Positions 13,440-25,507 of a stretch of DNA of 64,000 bases are shown one piece after another. Both the position numbers and the translations under genes were made by a program. The stretch covers positions 2,542,001-2,606,000 of the forward strand of contig OZ218960.1 of NCBI GenBank assembly GCA_965112735.1. The letters run 5' to 3'. Positions within the stretch are counted from its first letter, which is position 1; each line of letters opens with the position of its first letter. Under the pieces are notes generated by a model. It ran no database searches, was not told where the DNA came from, and worked only from the letters and a program-made list of their open reading frames with translations. The DNA is from Phaeosaccion multiseriatum (Eukaryota > Protista > Ochrophyta, other classes).

Positions 13440-14965
13440 TGGTGATACAAGCGCAAGCATTGTTGATAATAGTACACGCGTTGGTGATACAGCAGGGCGG
13501 CGCCTCAACGCCGTTGCCTACATGTACGCCAACTGTGTGGAGGTGCGAGAGAGATTCTTTGACACCTTGTCGCGCGTGGTGGAAGCCCATGCCCTTGGCC
13601 GATGTAGGGGATCTCTTCCAGCGGACAGCCCTCGGTGGAGACCCGTCAACTCCCGATTCGCGGTGAGTGCGTGAGTGCGTGGGTGTGTGAGTGAGTGAGT
13701 GAGTGAGTGAGTGAGTGAGTGATGGGTGAGTGAGTGAGTAAGTGAGTGGGTGAGTGAGTGAGTAAGTGGGTGCGTGAGTGAGTGAGTGAGTGAGTGAGTG
13801 GGTGGGTGAGTGAATGAGTGAATGAGTGAGTGAGTGCGGTGTGTGTGTGAGTGAGTGAGTGAGTGAGTGAGTGAGTGGGTGAGTGGGTGAGTGAGTGAGT
13901 GAGTGAGTGAGTGAGTGAGTGAGTGAGTGAGTGAGTGCGTGAGTGAGTGAGTGAGTGAGTGGGTGGGTGAGTGAGTGAGTGGGTGAGTGAGTGAGTGAGT
14001 GAGTGGGTGAGTGAGTGAGTGGGTGAGTGAGTGAGTGAGTGAGTGGGTGAGTGAGCGAGTGAGTGAGTGAGTGGGTTAGTGAGTGAGTGAGTGGGTGAGT
14101 GAGTGAGTGAGTGGGTGCGTGAGTGAGTGAGTGCGTGAGTGCGTGAGTGAGTGAGTGGGTGAGTGAGTGAGTGAGTGAGTGAGTGAGTGAGTGAGTGAGT
14201 GAGTGAGTGAGTGAGTGAGTGGGTGAGTGGGTGAGTGAGGGAGGGAGGGAGTGGTTGAGCGGGTTGAAGTCAGACCGAGTGAGTGAAGTGAATGGGCGGA
14301 AGTCAGCCAGTCACTGGGGGGGGAAGCGTAGAGGAGAGGAGGGGAGAGGGAGAGGGCGAAAAAAGAAAGGAGAGGAGCGGTGCATGAGAGGCAGGCAGAA
14401 GCAGGAATGGCAACATCGGATAGCATCACACGCTTCACGGCTTCGACCTCATCATCACCTTTTTTCATGCTGTCACCATCCACCAATCCACTCTTCACAA
14501 AAAACATAACCAACGACCTGAAACTGAAACTGAAACGAACGAACGAACGAACCACCAGGACTTCTTCAAAGACGAGTCCGTGGCGGCCTTTCGTCGCTAC
14601 AAGTTCGTTGTGGCGTTCGAGTCCTGGCAGCTCGACGGCTACATCACCGAGAAGCTTATCAACCCCTTCCTCGCCGGAGCCGTGCCCATATACCTCGGAG
14701 ACCCGAGCGTTTCGCACTTCTTTAACCCCGACAGCTTTGTGGACTGCGCCGACTTCGCCTCGCTGGAGGACTGTGCTGCCTTTGTGGCTGTGCTGCTCGC
14801 GGACGAGCCACGCTACGATCGAATGGTCCGCGCGCCCGTGCTGCGGCCTCACGCAATGCAAGAGCTTTTCTGGTGGCACACCGCCGTCGCTGCTGGTGTA
14901 TCACCAACTGCTGCTGCTGCTGCTGCTGCTGCTGACTCCTCTGCTTCTTCCAGCTCGAACGCTGG

Positions 14966-15019
<54 letters not shown>

Positions 15020-15194
15020 CAGCAGCAGCAGCAGGAGCGGCAGCAGCTGCTCTATTGGTAGTAGAAGTAGCAGTGCTGGTGATGCCGCAGGAGGAAACTG
15101 CATAGGCTCGGGCTCGGGCGCGGGGGGCTTCTCAGCGGAGTTGGGCGCTGCTCTACTCGAGGCGCGGCGAGCGCGACGCCATCCCACCGTGTGA
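4378..15194 (+). CDS. Large multidomain Golgi-type glyco-enzyme: N-terminal signal/anchor, degenerate sulfotransferase-like region, Ig-like segment, degenerate GT4-like region, C-terminal GT10 alpha-1,3/4-fucosyltransferase. Exons 4378-4480, 4776-4923, 5181-5767, 6144-6295, 6870-7007, 7623-7758, 8020-10323, 10711-11325, 11846-12028, 12437-12542, 13311-13662, 14559-15194
   Basis: The GT10 motif [34 protein letters not shown] is in the last exon, with upstream GT10 elements VVMVSGEP and [30 protein letters not shown]-terminus is hydrophobic ([15 protein letters not shown]). All 11 introns chain in phase with no stop (one GC donor at 5768). The GT10 call is strong; the single-gene model and upstream domain calls are weaker. 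Confidence 0.7.
7020..7467 (+). repeat. (GGGTA)n pentanucleotide array, G-quadruplex-prone, at the 5' end of an intron
   Basis: About 450 bp of GGGTA/GGGGTA units directly visible. Confidence 0.95.
12544..12892. repeat. Intronic minisatellite of ~23-25-bp units (CTTACGTAACC followed by CTCACACGTCATAC or TTGCAGTCATGC)
   Basis: About 14 tandem degenerate units starting at the splice donor GTACGTAACC. Confidence 0.9.
13663..14238 (+). repeat. (GAGT)n tetranucleotide array starting at a GTGAGT splice donor
   Basis: Directly visible, about 570 bp. Confidence 0.95.
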
Positions 15195-16885
15195 ACGGGG
15201 CCAGTGTAACTGCCAGTGTAACTGCCAGTAGCAGTAGCAGTGTAGCAGGTGTGAAGGTGAAGGAGGCCAAGGCTAGACAGCTCACACCAGATGTTTTTGC
15301 TACATGGCACACGCACGTAAGGTCTCTAAATAAATATTATCGAACTCCCCAAAACGCCCAAATGTCGAAATAATAATAATTATTTTCACATCCACACAAC
15401 CAACCACTCCCCCCACGAGCAAATTCAAGCTTCCAATTTTTTAGCTCCACCCACCCACTCAGCTCGCTGCCCACTCGTGACTCGAAGCACCACCCACCCA
15501 CCCACCCACCCACCCACCCACCCATCGACCCATCCATCAACCCACCCACCCATCCACGCGCAGACCGCCCACCACTGCGACAACCTGGTGTATCTTACTT
15601 CGAAGTACTTCGTAACGATTTGCTCCACCATCAACAATTTTGAATTTCCAGCTTCCAATTTTTAGCTCCACCCACCCCCCACCCACCCAGTCGTGACTCA
15701 CCCACCACCCAACCACCTCACAGCGTAGCCATCCACCCACCCACCCACCCACTCCCCTACCAACCGCCCAACAATTTTTCCCACCCACCCACCCACCCAA
15801 CCACCCACCCAACCACCCACGCACGCACACACACACTCACACACACACACACACTCATACACACTCACACACACACACTCACACACACACACACGCACGC
15901 ACACTAAGCCGTCTTCCACCCCCTTCATTTAGTCTGCCATCCACAAATATAAATTCTGCGCTGCCTAATAGTAACGCTGTTCGCCCCCCCCGCGAGGAGA
16001 CGCAGAGGCGCAAGCGGCAAAGAGGGACAGCAGCGAGGGAGGAGAGAGGGAGGAGCGAGCGCTATGAGCCCACCAGCAGCGGAAGCCTACTCTCTGAGGT
16101 ATTGGGAGCGTCTCTTCACTGCGACACTTGCCGCGCTCCATCTTTTCATCTCAGCAAGCAGCAGCAGCTCACTCACCAAGAGCTTCTTCGAGGGGTACGA
16201 TCTTTTTTTGAACCCATTTCTTTTCCCTTACAAACACAACTGCCAGCAGCAGCTTCTCGCCTTCAAGCCAGGAGCAGCTCTCTCCTATTAGCAGTCAGCC
16301 AGCCATTGTCACAAGGCCTTGACAACACAGACACAAAGCCTTGACCACACAAAGTACGAGACTAGAGGAAGGGCAGAAGACACCCGGAAGCAGCGGAGGA
16401 GAGGGACAAGGATAGATCGAGGAGGCCACTGCCTCAGCACGGGAGAGGCAGGGAAAAGGTGAGGAATAACGAGAAGGAGATGCTTTGCTTTGCCTGGCTT
16501 GCGGCGAGGTGGTGTCGAAGATGGTATCTAGTCTTTCATCTTCTGGTGAGGGCGAGAATCAAAAGGCAGCGCTGCAGAAGGAGCAGCAGCAACAACAGTT
16601 TGCCCCGCTGTCCCCTTGATGCCACTCCCTGTCTTCGCTCCCCCACAGCATAATCTCTTTCCCCGCCTTATCCTTGGCCTTGTGCACATGATATCTGACG
16701 AAGTCCCCGACTGGCCTGGTGCCCTACTACCCCCCCATCTCTTTCCTTTCCCCTTCCTCTCTTCTCAGCTCCTCTTCTTACTTGAAGTTACCCCCGGTGC
16801 CCCACCATTCCCCGCGCGTGATTGCCCCGCGACCAACCCTCTCCTCGCTCTGTCATTCGCCTCTCCAAGTACAAGCGGAACCGCG

Positions 16886-19559
16886 ATGAAGCCCTCTCTG
16901 CTGCGGCGTGCACTGATGCTGTTGCCAGGGGTGGGGTTGGCGCTGATGGGGCAGATCGCCAACGTTCAAGGTCAAGGTAAGAAAGAGAAGAATAGATAAG
17001 AACAAAAACCAAACTCTCCAACGGCAAGAAGAATGCAGGAGCTGCACCCACACCCACAAGTTGATGATACAGTATTATTAGAGGGTGGAAGTGAGGGCTG
17101 CCATGGGGCTGCCGACTGGCGGCTTCGTGGTTGGGGAGAGACGCACTGGGGAGCCTTCCGACTCCTATAAATAGAATGTTCCTCCTCCTCTTCCTCCTCC
17201 TCCTCCTCCTCCTCCTCCTCCTCCTCCTCCTCCTCCCTCTCCTTCTCCTTTTCCTCCCCTTCCTCATCCTACAAGCTGCTGCTGCTGCTGCTACTACTAC
17301 TGCTGCTGCTGCTGCTAATGACTGCCTCATCCTCACATGGCACCCTGCTATCCGTGGTCTGGTCTGGACTCCTCACCCCCCTCTATTGCTTGTACTCTCG
17401 CTTGGCATGCCAACGCCCGCCCGCCAGACTTGAGCAGCGCATGTACCGAGTCGTACATTCCTTCCACCACGGGCGGCAATGATGGGACATGCACGTGTGC
17501 CTCTCGCCTCGATCAAGTGGTCTGCGATCAGAGCGACGATACTTGCAAGGTACGTGTGTGCAGGCAGATGCTCCACACCGGCCCGTCCTCCACACTGTGC
17601 GTCCCACCACCGATAGATAGATGGCCCCCACGGCCAGCCAGACAGGCCGCTCCTTGTTTGCCTTCGTTTTACGTCCTCCATCCGTTCCGGACTCTCTCCT
17701 CCTCTCTGCTTTGCTAAGAGCCAGTGCTGGGTTGTGAGTGCTTTGTGTGTGTGTCTTTGCAAACGCTTCACTATGTGACCCGTTCTAATTGTCACCTTGC
17801 CTCTTGACGTGTTGCCTCTGCCCTGCCTCCGACACATCGTTTTTCGATGCCCTCCCACTTTGCTTGCTGAACCTTCGAACCATTGCCCCACGCCCGACGG
17901 TCCGCTTGCTTGGCTGCCTCACCACCTGGCAGGCCAAGACCTTTGTGGTGAGTACCAAGCTCATTGGTTTGATTATCCATTGATGAGGTTTCCCTTCTAT
18001 CTTTCGTGTGATCTCTGCTTTGGCTGCTGCAGTTCATCCCACAGCAATGACGCCCGTCACCCCCGCGTCTGGATTAGTCCGTAGCCGTATCTTCACCTGA
18101 AGCCCTTTCCCACCCACCCCCCCTCCTACACCCACACTCACGCACACACACCCTCACCCCAACGCCCCTGCTACTACTGTTCGTGGTGCGGTACCCATAT
18201 GTCTCTACTCGCTTCCTCTCCGTTCGCTCCCCTCGCCTCTCCCTATCCGTCATCCAGAACTGCACCGTCGAGTGCACGAATGACCAGAGCTGCGAAGTAA
18301 GTAAGGAAAACTCTTTTTATTTTCGGGATTTTTCTCAACCCCCCCCCCCCCCCCTCCTTCCTCCCCACCCATTCTGTCGTGGAAGCCCTCACTCGTGTTT
18401 CTATTCACTCCTCCACGTGTTGATCTTGGCCCTGCCTGACGCCGCCTCGCTTGTGGCATTGCATGCATTGCCCATCGACGGGCCCCTGCTGCTCGTTCCT
18501 TTCACCCTCCTCACCCTCCGCCGTCCTCTACAAGGCCTCCTTCAAGCAATCCTTGGCACCCTCCTCTCCCTCCCTCCCTCCTGGGCACCTCTGCTGACCT
18601 CTGCTGACCTCCCGCTCTCTTCCTCTCACCAACACCCACCCTGCTCCCCTCAAAACCATAGGATGCCACCTTCCAAGACGCTACCACTGCCACCTGCTCC
18701 GGCTGGTATTCCTGTTTGGTAAGTCATCAGTCCACATAACACGTAACAAGTCCGCTCTGGCCGTCTGGCCGATTGAGTCCCATCTCTGGCACACACCGTG
18801 CCGCTGCATCACCAACACCTAAACCTTCACCCTCTGACCCCCCCACCCCCCCCCCTTCATCTGTGTCCCTCCTCTGCTCGCCTACTGCCCTTCTTTCCCT
18901 CCCCACCCACCCTGCTCCCCTCCTCAAACCCTCGAACCCTTTCCTTTTAGTCGGCAAACTTTCATGACGTTTCAACCGTCACCTGTTCAGGCCAGTACTC
19001 CTGTTGGGTGAGTGCGTGAGTGAGTGAGTAAGTGAGTGAGTGAGTGAGTAAGTACGATAGTGAGTGGGTGAGTGGGTGAGTAAGGGAGTGGGTGAGCGAG
19101 TGAGCGAGTGCGGGGGGGAGTGAGTGAGTGAGTTATCACTCAGCCCAACAACGCTCTCGCTGCCTGACTGATTTCGTGCCTTCCTTCCACAATGACCAAA
19201 TATACATCAACACCTCGACCTATCTTGGCAACTTGAATCCCTTGGCCGCTCCTCCTCCTCCTCCTCCTCCCCCTCCTCCTCCTCCTCCTCCTCTTCACCT
19301 CGCCTCTCTCTATGCATGACCTCCCTCACCCCAACCCACCCCGCGTGCCTGTTATGTGCAGGGTGCGAGGATGTTTGATGACTCCAGGTCCTACTGCACT
19401 GTGAATGAGGCGTGCCCTTTTGTTCAGGTGCGTGTGTGCGTGTGTGGATGAGTAAGGAGAAGAGGGTGAGGGCAAGAAGGTTGGACCGCCCCGAGAGTGC
19501 ATGGGAAGCTTTTTGTGTGTGTGTACTCAAGATGTGTGTGTGTGTGTGTGTACTCAAGA

Positions 19560-19593
<34 letters not shown>

Positions 19594-21617
19594 GTTGTCA
19601 CTCTCGGTGCTCTCGGACCGCTCTCGGACCGCTCGTTTCTACCCTCAGATCGACAAGGACGCTGACAGCGCATGCTGCAAATCTGGGCAGGAAGGTGACG
19701 TGGTCCCTACGGTTTGGTGAGTCAGTTGGCCTCTTTATACGGCAAGAAGTTTTTCTTATTCTTCTGCATCTACGGAGGCGTCCTTTGCCTTTCCACTCCA
19801 ACCCACTCACTCAATGCTTCTTCCTTTCTGCGGAATCCGACCGCTCCGCTGTGCACACACGCCAAGTCCTCTGGGCACTCAATGCGGTAAGTGACTATGT
19901 TGAGGCGCTGTCGTGGCGCTGTTGTGGCGCTGTCGTGTCGTTGTCGTGTTGTCATGCTCTGAGTGCTGGCCACTGTCGTGTCGCTGTCGTGTTTGGTTTG
20001 GCTTCGCGCTCTGTGAAGATGCCGCTTGTAGAACGCACCCGGCACCCCTTGTAAGCGAAAAAGCACCCCTCTTCGATCTTTGCGCTTGTCTGCTCGCTCT
20101 TCTAACCTTCTCGTGGCTGCTTGCTGTGCTGCTACTGCTACCTCTTTGGTCGACTTGCTGTGTACAGAGGGAGAGCCCGCGCAGTGCGCCGGTGTGAACA
20201 CTTACGACCCCGTCACGACCACATGTGACTGCCAATCGAAAGACGTCATCCGCTGCGGAACAGGCCTTTGCGAGGTACGATGTTTGAGTGTTGTTTGCTT
20301 CTAACCACCCAATCACATGGGTCCAAGTTTGGGTGTCGCTTTTCACCACCCAGGCATATGGGTCGCCCACCCCCCCCCCTACGCTCTTGACTGCTTGGTG
20401 GTGGTGCAAGCACATTCTCGCTTTGTCCTCCACTCTGTCCTCGTGCACACTCCATGACCGGAGGGGTCCTGTGTCCTATAGGGTGTAACCGCGTGTATAA
20501 CTGTGTAACCGCTGTTCTTCATCCGCTGTGGTGTCAGCTTGTGTGTTCTGACCCTCACCTTGCCCCTTCACGTGATGCCTCCGCCCCTGGCTTCTTCCCC
20601 ATGCTGGTGGTATACGGGACCCCATCTGCTCTTGTTGTGATGCCGCTGTGGCCGTTGTGGGTACTGCCTCTCCTCGCCCCACCAGTCCAAGACCTTTATG
20701 GTGAGTGTCAACCCGTCAAGCCCGAGACCATGCTATGCTCCGATCACGTTATTGTCGCCCACTCGCTTGACGAATGCGTGCAGTGTGTCATTCTGCGGTC
20801 TCTGTCTCTTCGGGCCTCCGCGAAAGATGATCACACGCATAAGGATGCTGGCTGGCAAGAGATAATATATTCCCCACCTCGTCCCCTCCTCCCCCCCCAC
20901 CCTCCCCAACACACACACATACACACACACACGCACACACACACACACATACACGCGAGCTTTTATCCCCTGTTGCTGCTGCTGCTACTGCTACTGCTAC
21001 TGCTACTGCTACTGTTTGTCGGATTTGGCTCATTCGGCTCCTCGCTTCCTCTCCCTCCGCTGCCCGCCTCACTCCTGATCCGTCGTGCAGAATTGCAACG
21101 TCGAGTGCGGGGGTCTCCAGAGCTGTCAAGTAAGTAAGAGTACGTAAGGAAGACTCTTATTTTGTTTGGTTCTTGTCGACTTCCCCCTCGGCCCCCTCCC
21201 CCCACCCACCCCGTCTCGGAAGCTGTCACTTGTTTCCCATTCACTCCTCCACGTGTTGATCTTGGCCCTGCCTGATGCCGCCTCGCTTGTGGCAATGCAA
21301 TGCCCATCGACGGGCCCCTGCTGCTCGTTCCTTTCTTTCACCCTCCTCACCCTCCTCACCCTCCGCCGTCCTCTACAAGGCCTCCTTCAAACTTCCTGCA
21401 ATCCTTGGCACCCTCCTCTCCCTCCCTCCCTCCTGTGCACCTCTGCTGACCTCTGCTGACCTCCCGCTCTCTTCCTCTCACCAACACCCACCCTGCTCCC
21501 CTCAATCCCCTGAACCCCCCCTCATTTCCAAAGGATTCCGTGTTCCAAGGAGACTCTACGGCCGCCTGCGACGGACTGCGCTCCTGTAGGGTGAGTTGGA
21601 ATTATAATTTGTTGTTA

Positions 21618-21649
<32 letters not shown>

Positions 21650-24526
21650 TTTTATTATTATTTGTGTTGTTGTTATTATTAGTATTATTTAATTGTTGTG
21701 ATGTTGTGGTTTGTTGTTTGTTGTTTGTTGTTGTTGTTGTTATCAGTCTTGGATTGTAGACAGTGCATCGCACCGCTGCACCATCCGCACACACACACTC
21801 CTTGATAATATGTATTATATATATATCAAGGATATATATGTGTATATATTATAGATATTGCGTCCCTTCTCTGCGGGTCTCCTGACCCTCTTCCTCGCGT
21901 CAATGTCCCCCCTGTTTACCCTGGTTACACACAACTGTTTACACACCCTGTTTACACACCCTGTTTACACACCCTGTTTACACACCCTGTTTATATACCC
22001 TGTTTACGCACACCACCATAGTGGTCCGAATTTGAGGACGCGACAACCGCCGTCTGCGCTGGCCAATACTCCTGTCGGGTAAGTGAGTGAGTGGGTGAGT
22101 GAGGGAGGGAGGGAGTGAGCGAGTGAGGGAGTGAGTGAGTGAGAGAGTGAGTGAGGGAGTGAGTGAGTGAGTGAGTGAGCGAGTGAGTGAGTTATCAGTC
22201 AGTCCAGCCCAACAACTCGGCTCCGCTTTCGGTGCCTGGTCGATCGGTCCCCCCTCGAACCCCTCCTCTCCGCCCCGATCAAGCAAGCCCCTTCCTTCCT
22301 GCTGCAGGATGTTGGCATGCGTCCCGTTCTCGGAGCGTTCTCGGACGCAATTTCCTTCTCTTTCTTGTTGTATGCCCTGACTAACTAACCCCTTCACACT
22401 CCACAGTGTAGGGCTGCCTGACGCCGATGAATGAGCCTTGCATTGTTCACTGACGCACGACCCACACACCACTGCACACACGTTTGTCCCCCCCTGCACA
22501 CCTCAGTATGCGGGCTTTCTCAGCACGTCGAGCGCCTCCTGCGCTGGGGATCAATCATGCGATGTAAGTGTGATGTAAGTCTTACGTACGTCGTGTCTTC
22601 TTACTCTTCTACTCTGGCCCCGATTACTCGCTGTACCCCACTCCGCCCCACCCCCCTGCTGGCGTTTATAGGGCGGGTTGGGCCTTTGCTTTGCATCTGT
22701 GACTCCCCTCATTGAGCTGTATCGAATAACAACACGTGTGGAAGCTGGCGCACCTCCCTCCCTCAGTGCTTGCAACCGCGCCACGCCTGCTCATGCTCGT
22801 CCGGACTTTGAGCGGCAAGGCCTCACCAACCCCCCCGTCCCCTTGTCCACTGTGCCTGCTCACACTTGCTGTTTTGTCTCTCCTTTCTTTTGAAACCATA
22901 CACGCAACAACCACGCACACACACACACGCACAGTCCGCCAGGACTTGCTTCTCGAGCAGCAACACAGAGGAGGTGGGCTGCACGGCGGAACTGACATGC
23001 CTCAATCCATTCGTGTGCCAGGTACGTCACCTCCAACCTGTCTTCAAGGAAGCGTACCCCGTACGCACGTACGTACGCCTGCTCCCTTCCACGCAAAGCA
23101 CCTGCACTACTGGCTGGCGGGGAGGGTAGGGGAGGGGAAGGGGTGTGTAGGGAGTGAAAAAGAAGAGAGAGACGGAGGGCAAAAGTCTCTTCTTCTAGGC
23201 TTCAGTCGCCGCTCTCGAAGGCCTGGCTCTGAAGGCCTGGCTGCCCGGAGGGAAGGCCTGGCTCTGAACCGGAGGGAAACTCGATCGATCGATCGAGTGT
23301 GGAGCCTCACTGGAGCAATACTCCCTGCCCTCCCCCGCTGAACTCCCTCCCTCCCTCCCTACCTCCCTCCCTTCCTCCCTCCCACCCCTCGTGCCTTTCC
23401 CTTGCTCTCGCGGCACCGACACTGTGTACTACCTCTGCAGTACGTTGACATGTACGGTGACTCAACCGCACAGTGCGAGACGCTCGACGCCTGCACAGGC
23501 TTTCGTGACCTTGAGGTTCGTGCGCGAGGAGGGCAGGTGTTGAGGGGCAAAGAGTCACACACGGGTCGCCTAAGCGGGGTAACGGGGGAACGGGGTGCCT
23601 TTGGTCTCGTGTTGGGTCTTTGTGACTGTGCTTTCTTGTTGCAAGGTGTGTAGGATTGGTGCCTACAAGGTGGGGCTTGCTGCATATAGTGTCTTTCTTC
23701 TCCTCACTGCTTGCTCTACATTGGGCACTCTCCTCTCTCAGGTGGCAACTCTCACGGGGTCGGCGTGCGGCTCCGGGATCGGGCGGTGAGTGTTCTTCAA
23801 GCTGTTGAAAGCAACGCTGTCAGCCTGTGTGGGTGCCTCCTCCTCTCTTATGCCTGCCATGCCACTGCCCACCTCCTGCTTCCTGCTGCTCCACCTTTCC
23901 TCCCTGTGTATCACCACCTCCTCGCCTGTGTATGTGTGTCCCTGCAGTTCCACCCCCTCTTATCTTCCACTCAAGGAAGCTCATAGCCTCTGTCTCTACC
24001 TTGTTTTCTGTGTTTTCCCTCCCCCTTTACTCCGCCCTCTGCTCGAAATGAGCGAAGCCCTGCCGACGTTCCCCAATGCGGCGAGGACATTCCGTTCGTC
24101 GACGCGTGCACCACCTACTGTAGCACCAACTACCCCAGTGACATCTCCTGCTACACGGACATCATCTGCCGGGTTGGAGCCATCGGTTGCCATGCCCACG
24201 GAGCCGTTCGCACCAGGACCGGAGTCCTCCCCGACGCGTTCTGCCGCTTCTGCGGCACCGCCCCCTACGTGGACTGCCCGGCTAGAGACGACCCTGTTGG
24301 CGACGACCCTGCACCCGGACCCGCGCCCTCGCCCTCGCCCTCCGTGCCGTCTGCCCCCACCACCCAGCCGGTGGACAGCTCTGACGCATGTTCCGTGATG
24401 TGTGCAGAGCTGCACCCCACCGCGCCCCCTTGTGTGACGGATTCCGCATGCGCCCAGGGGGGCTTGGGCTGTAACGCCCATGGAGAAAGGTTGTGTAGGT
24501 TTCTGTACAACAGCAACAACAATTAA
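16886..24526 (+). CDS. Secreted Cys-rich repeat protein, 16 exons: 16886-16976, 17428-17549, 18258-18296, 18662-18718, 18951-19007, 19362-19427, 19649-19716, 19867-19886, 20168-20274, 21091-21129, 21534-21590, 22022-22078, 22935-23021, 23441-23515, 23742-23785, 24058-24526
   Basis: Signal peptide MKPSLLRRALMLLPGVGLALMGQIANVQG. Exons bounded by AG/GT give NCTVECTNDQSCE, DATFQDATTATCSGWYSCL, SANFHDVSTVTCSGQYSCW and their second copies NCNVECGGLQSCQ, DSVFQGDSTAACDGLRSCR, WSEFEDATTAVCAGQYSCR. The last exon has two C..C..D..C..G(A/G)(I/L)GC.AHG...CRF modules separated by a PS/PT linker. Phases are consistent throughout; additional micro-exons could have been missed. Confidence 0.8.
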
Positions 24527-25507
24527 GTGAGTGTTATGTAATCTTTATGGGTATGGAGAATGAGCTGCAGAGCTCTTTTCGTGGGCTGGCCTGTGCACTG
24601 CCCACAGCTGAGGGTGCAGTCTTGATTCTTGGGTAGTGGAAGGAAGCGGAGCGGAGCCTTGGGACTTTCCCCCTGGTTGCGTCGAGGAAAAAAAAAAACC
24701 CGTTGTTTTTGTTGCTAGTTTGTTAGCTTAGATTTTAGTTCGTTGTGCTTGTTCGGCGGGCGGGTGGGAGTGGACTCTTGCGGTCTGTGTACCTGCCCCT
24801 CCCCGCTTGGCTTTTAGGGGGGGAAAATCGGAACACCGTCGTCGGCGACCATTTTGTTCTGTGTGTGAAGTGATATATTAATTAAGTTACAAAGTAAAGT
24901 CAGAATGATACTGTAGCATGTCGTGTGGTGGTCAGGAGGTCAGCGCCATAGCTAATACTAATATCACCTGCGATACTCTAATTTTAGTCACAGTGATTTC
25001 GGAGGTGAGAGTGAAAACTTTAAGAGGCCTTCCTTTTTGGCCAAGGATCTTATCGAGGGTTCTCGGGCGAGGATGGAGTCAAGCAGCACCTGCAGAGAGT
25101 TTCTTGCGGAGGCGCGTCCTGGTCCTGACATTTGCTTGACATTACCTCCTGTACTCCGTCTGGTGTCTTGCTTGTCTTGTTCATCACATCACTTCTCCAC
25201 ACGGAGCAGCTCCACGAAATCGTCGAAGTCGGGGACGTGATGTTGCTTAGTCATCGGCCAGTCGGCCCGTCGGTCGGCCGGTCCGTCGGTTAGTCGGTCA
25301 GTCGGTTAGTCGGTCAGTCGGTCGGTCGGTCTGTCCGTCAGTCGGTCAGTCCGTCTTTCGGTCGGTCGGTTAGTCATTCAGTCGGTCTGTCGGTCAGTCC
25401 GTCAGTCGGTCCGTCCGTCTTTCGGTCGGTCGGTCAGTCATTCAGTCGGTCTGTCGGTCAGTCCGTCAGTCGGTCCGTCCGTAGCTAGGCTTAGGTGGCG
25501 CCACTCT

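Noticed and set aside
149-16000. Numerous ORFs of poly-CV, HT, PYPTL, SP, LTHS and similar
   Set aside because: Translations of intronic microsatellites.
21931-22008. (CCCTGTTTACACA)n repeat containing forkhead-like TGTTTAC
   Set aside because: Short intronic slippage repeat with no evidence for a regulatory role.
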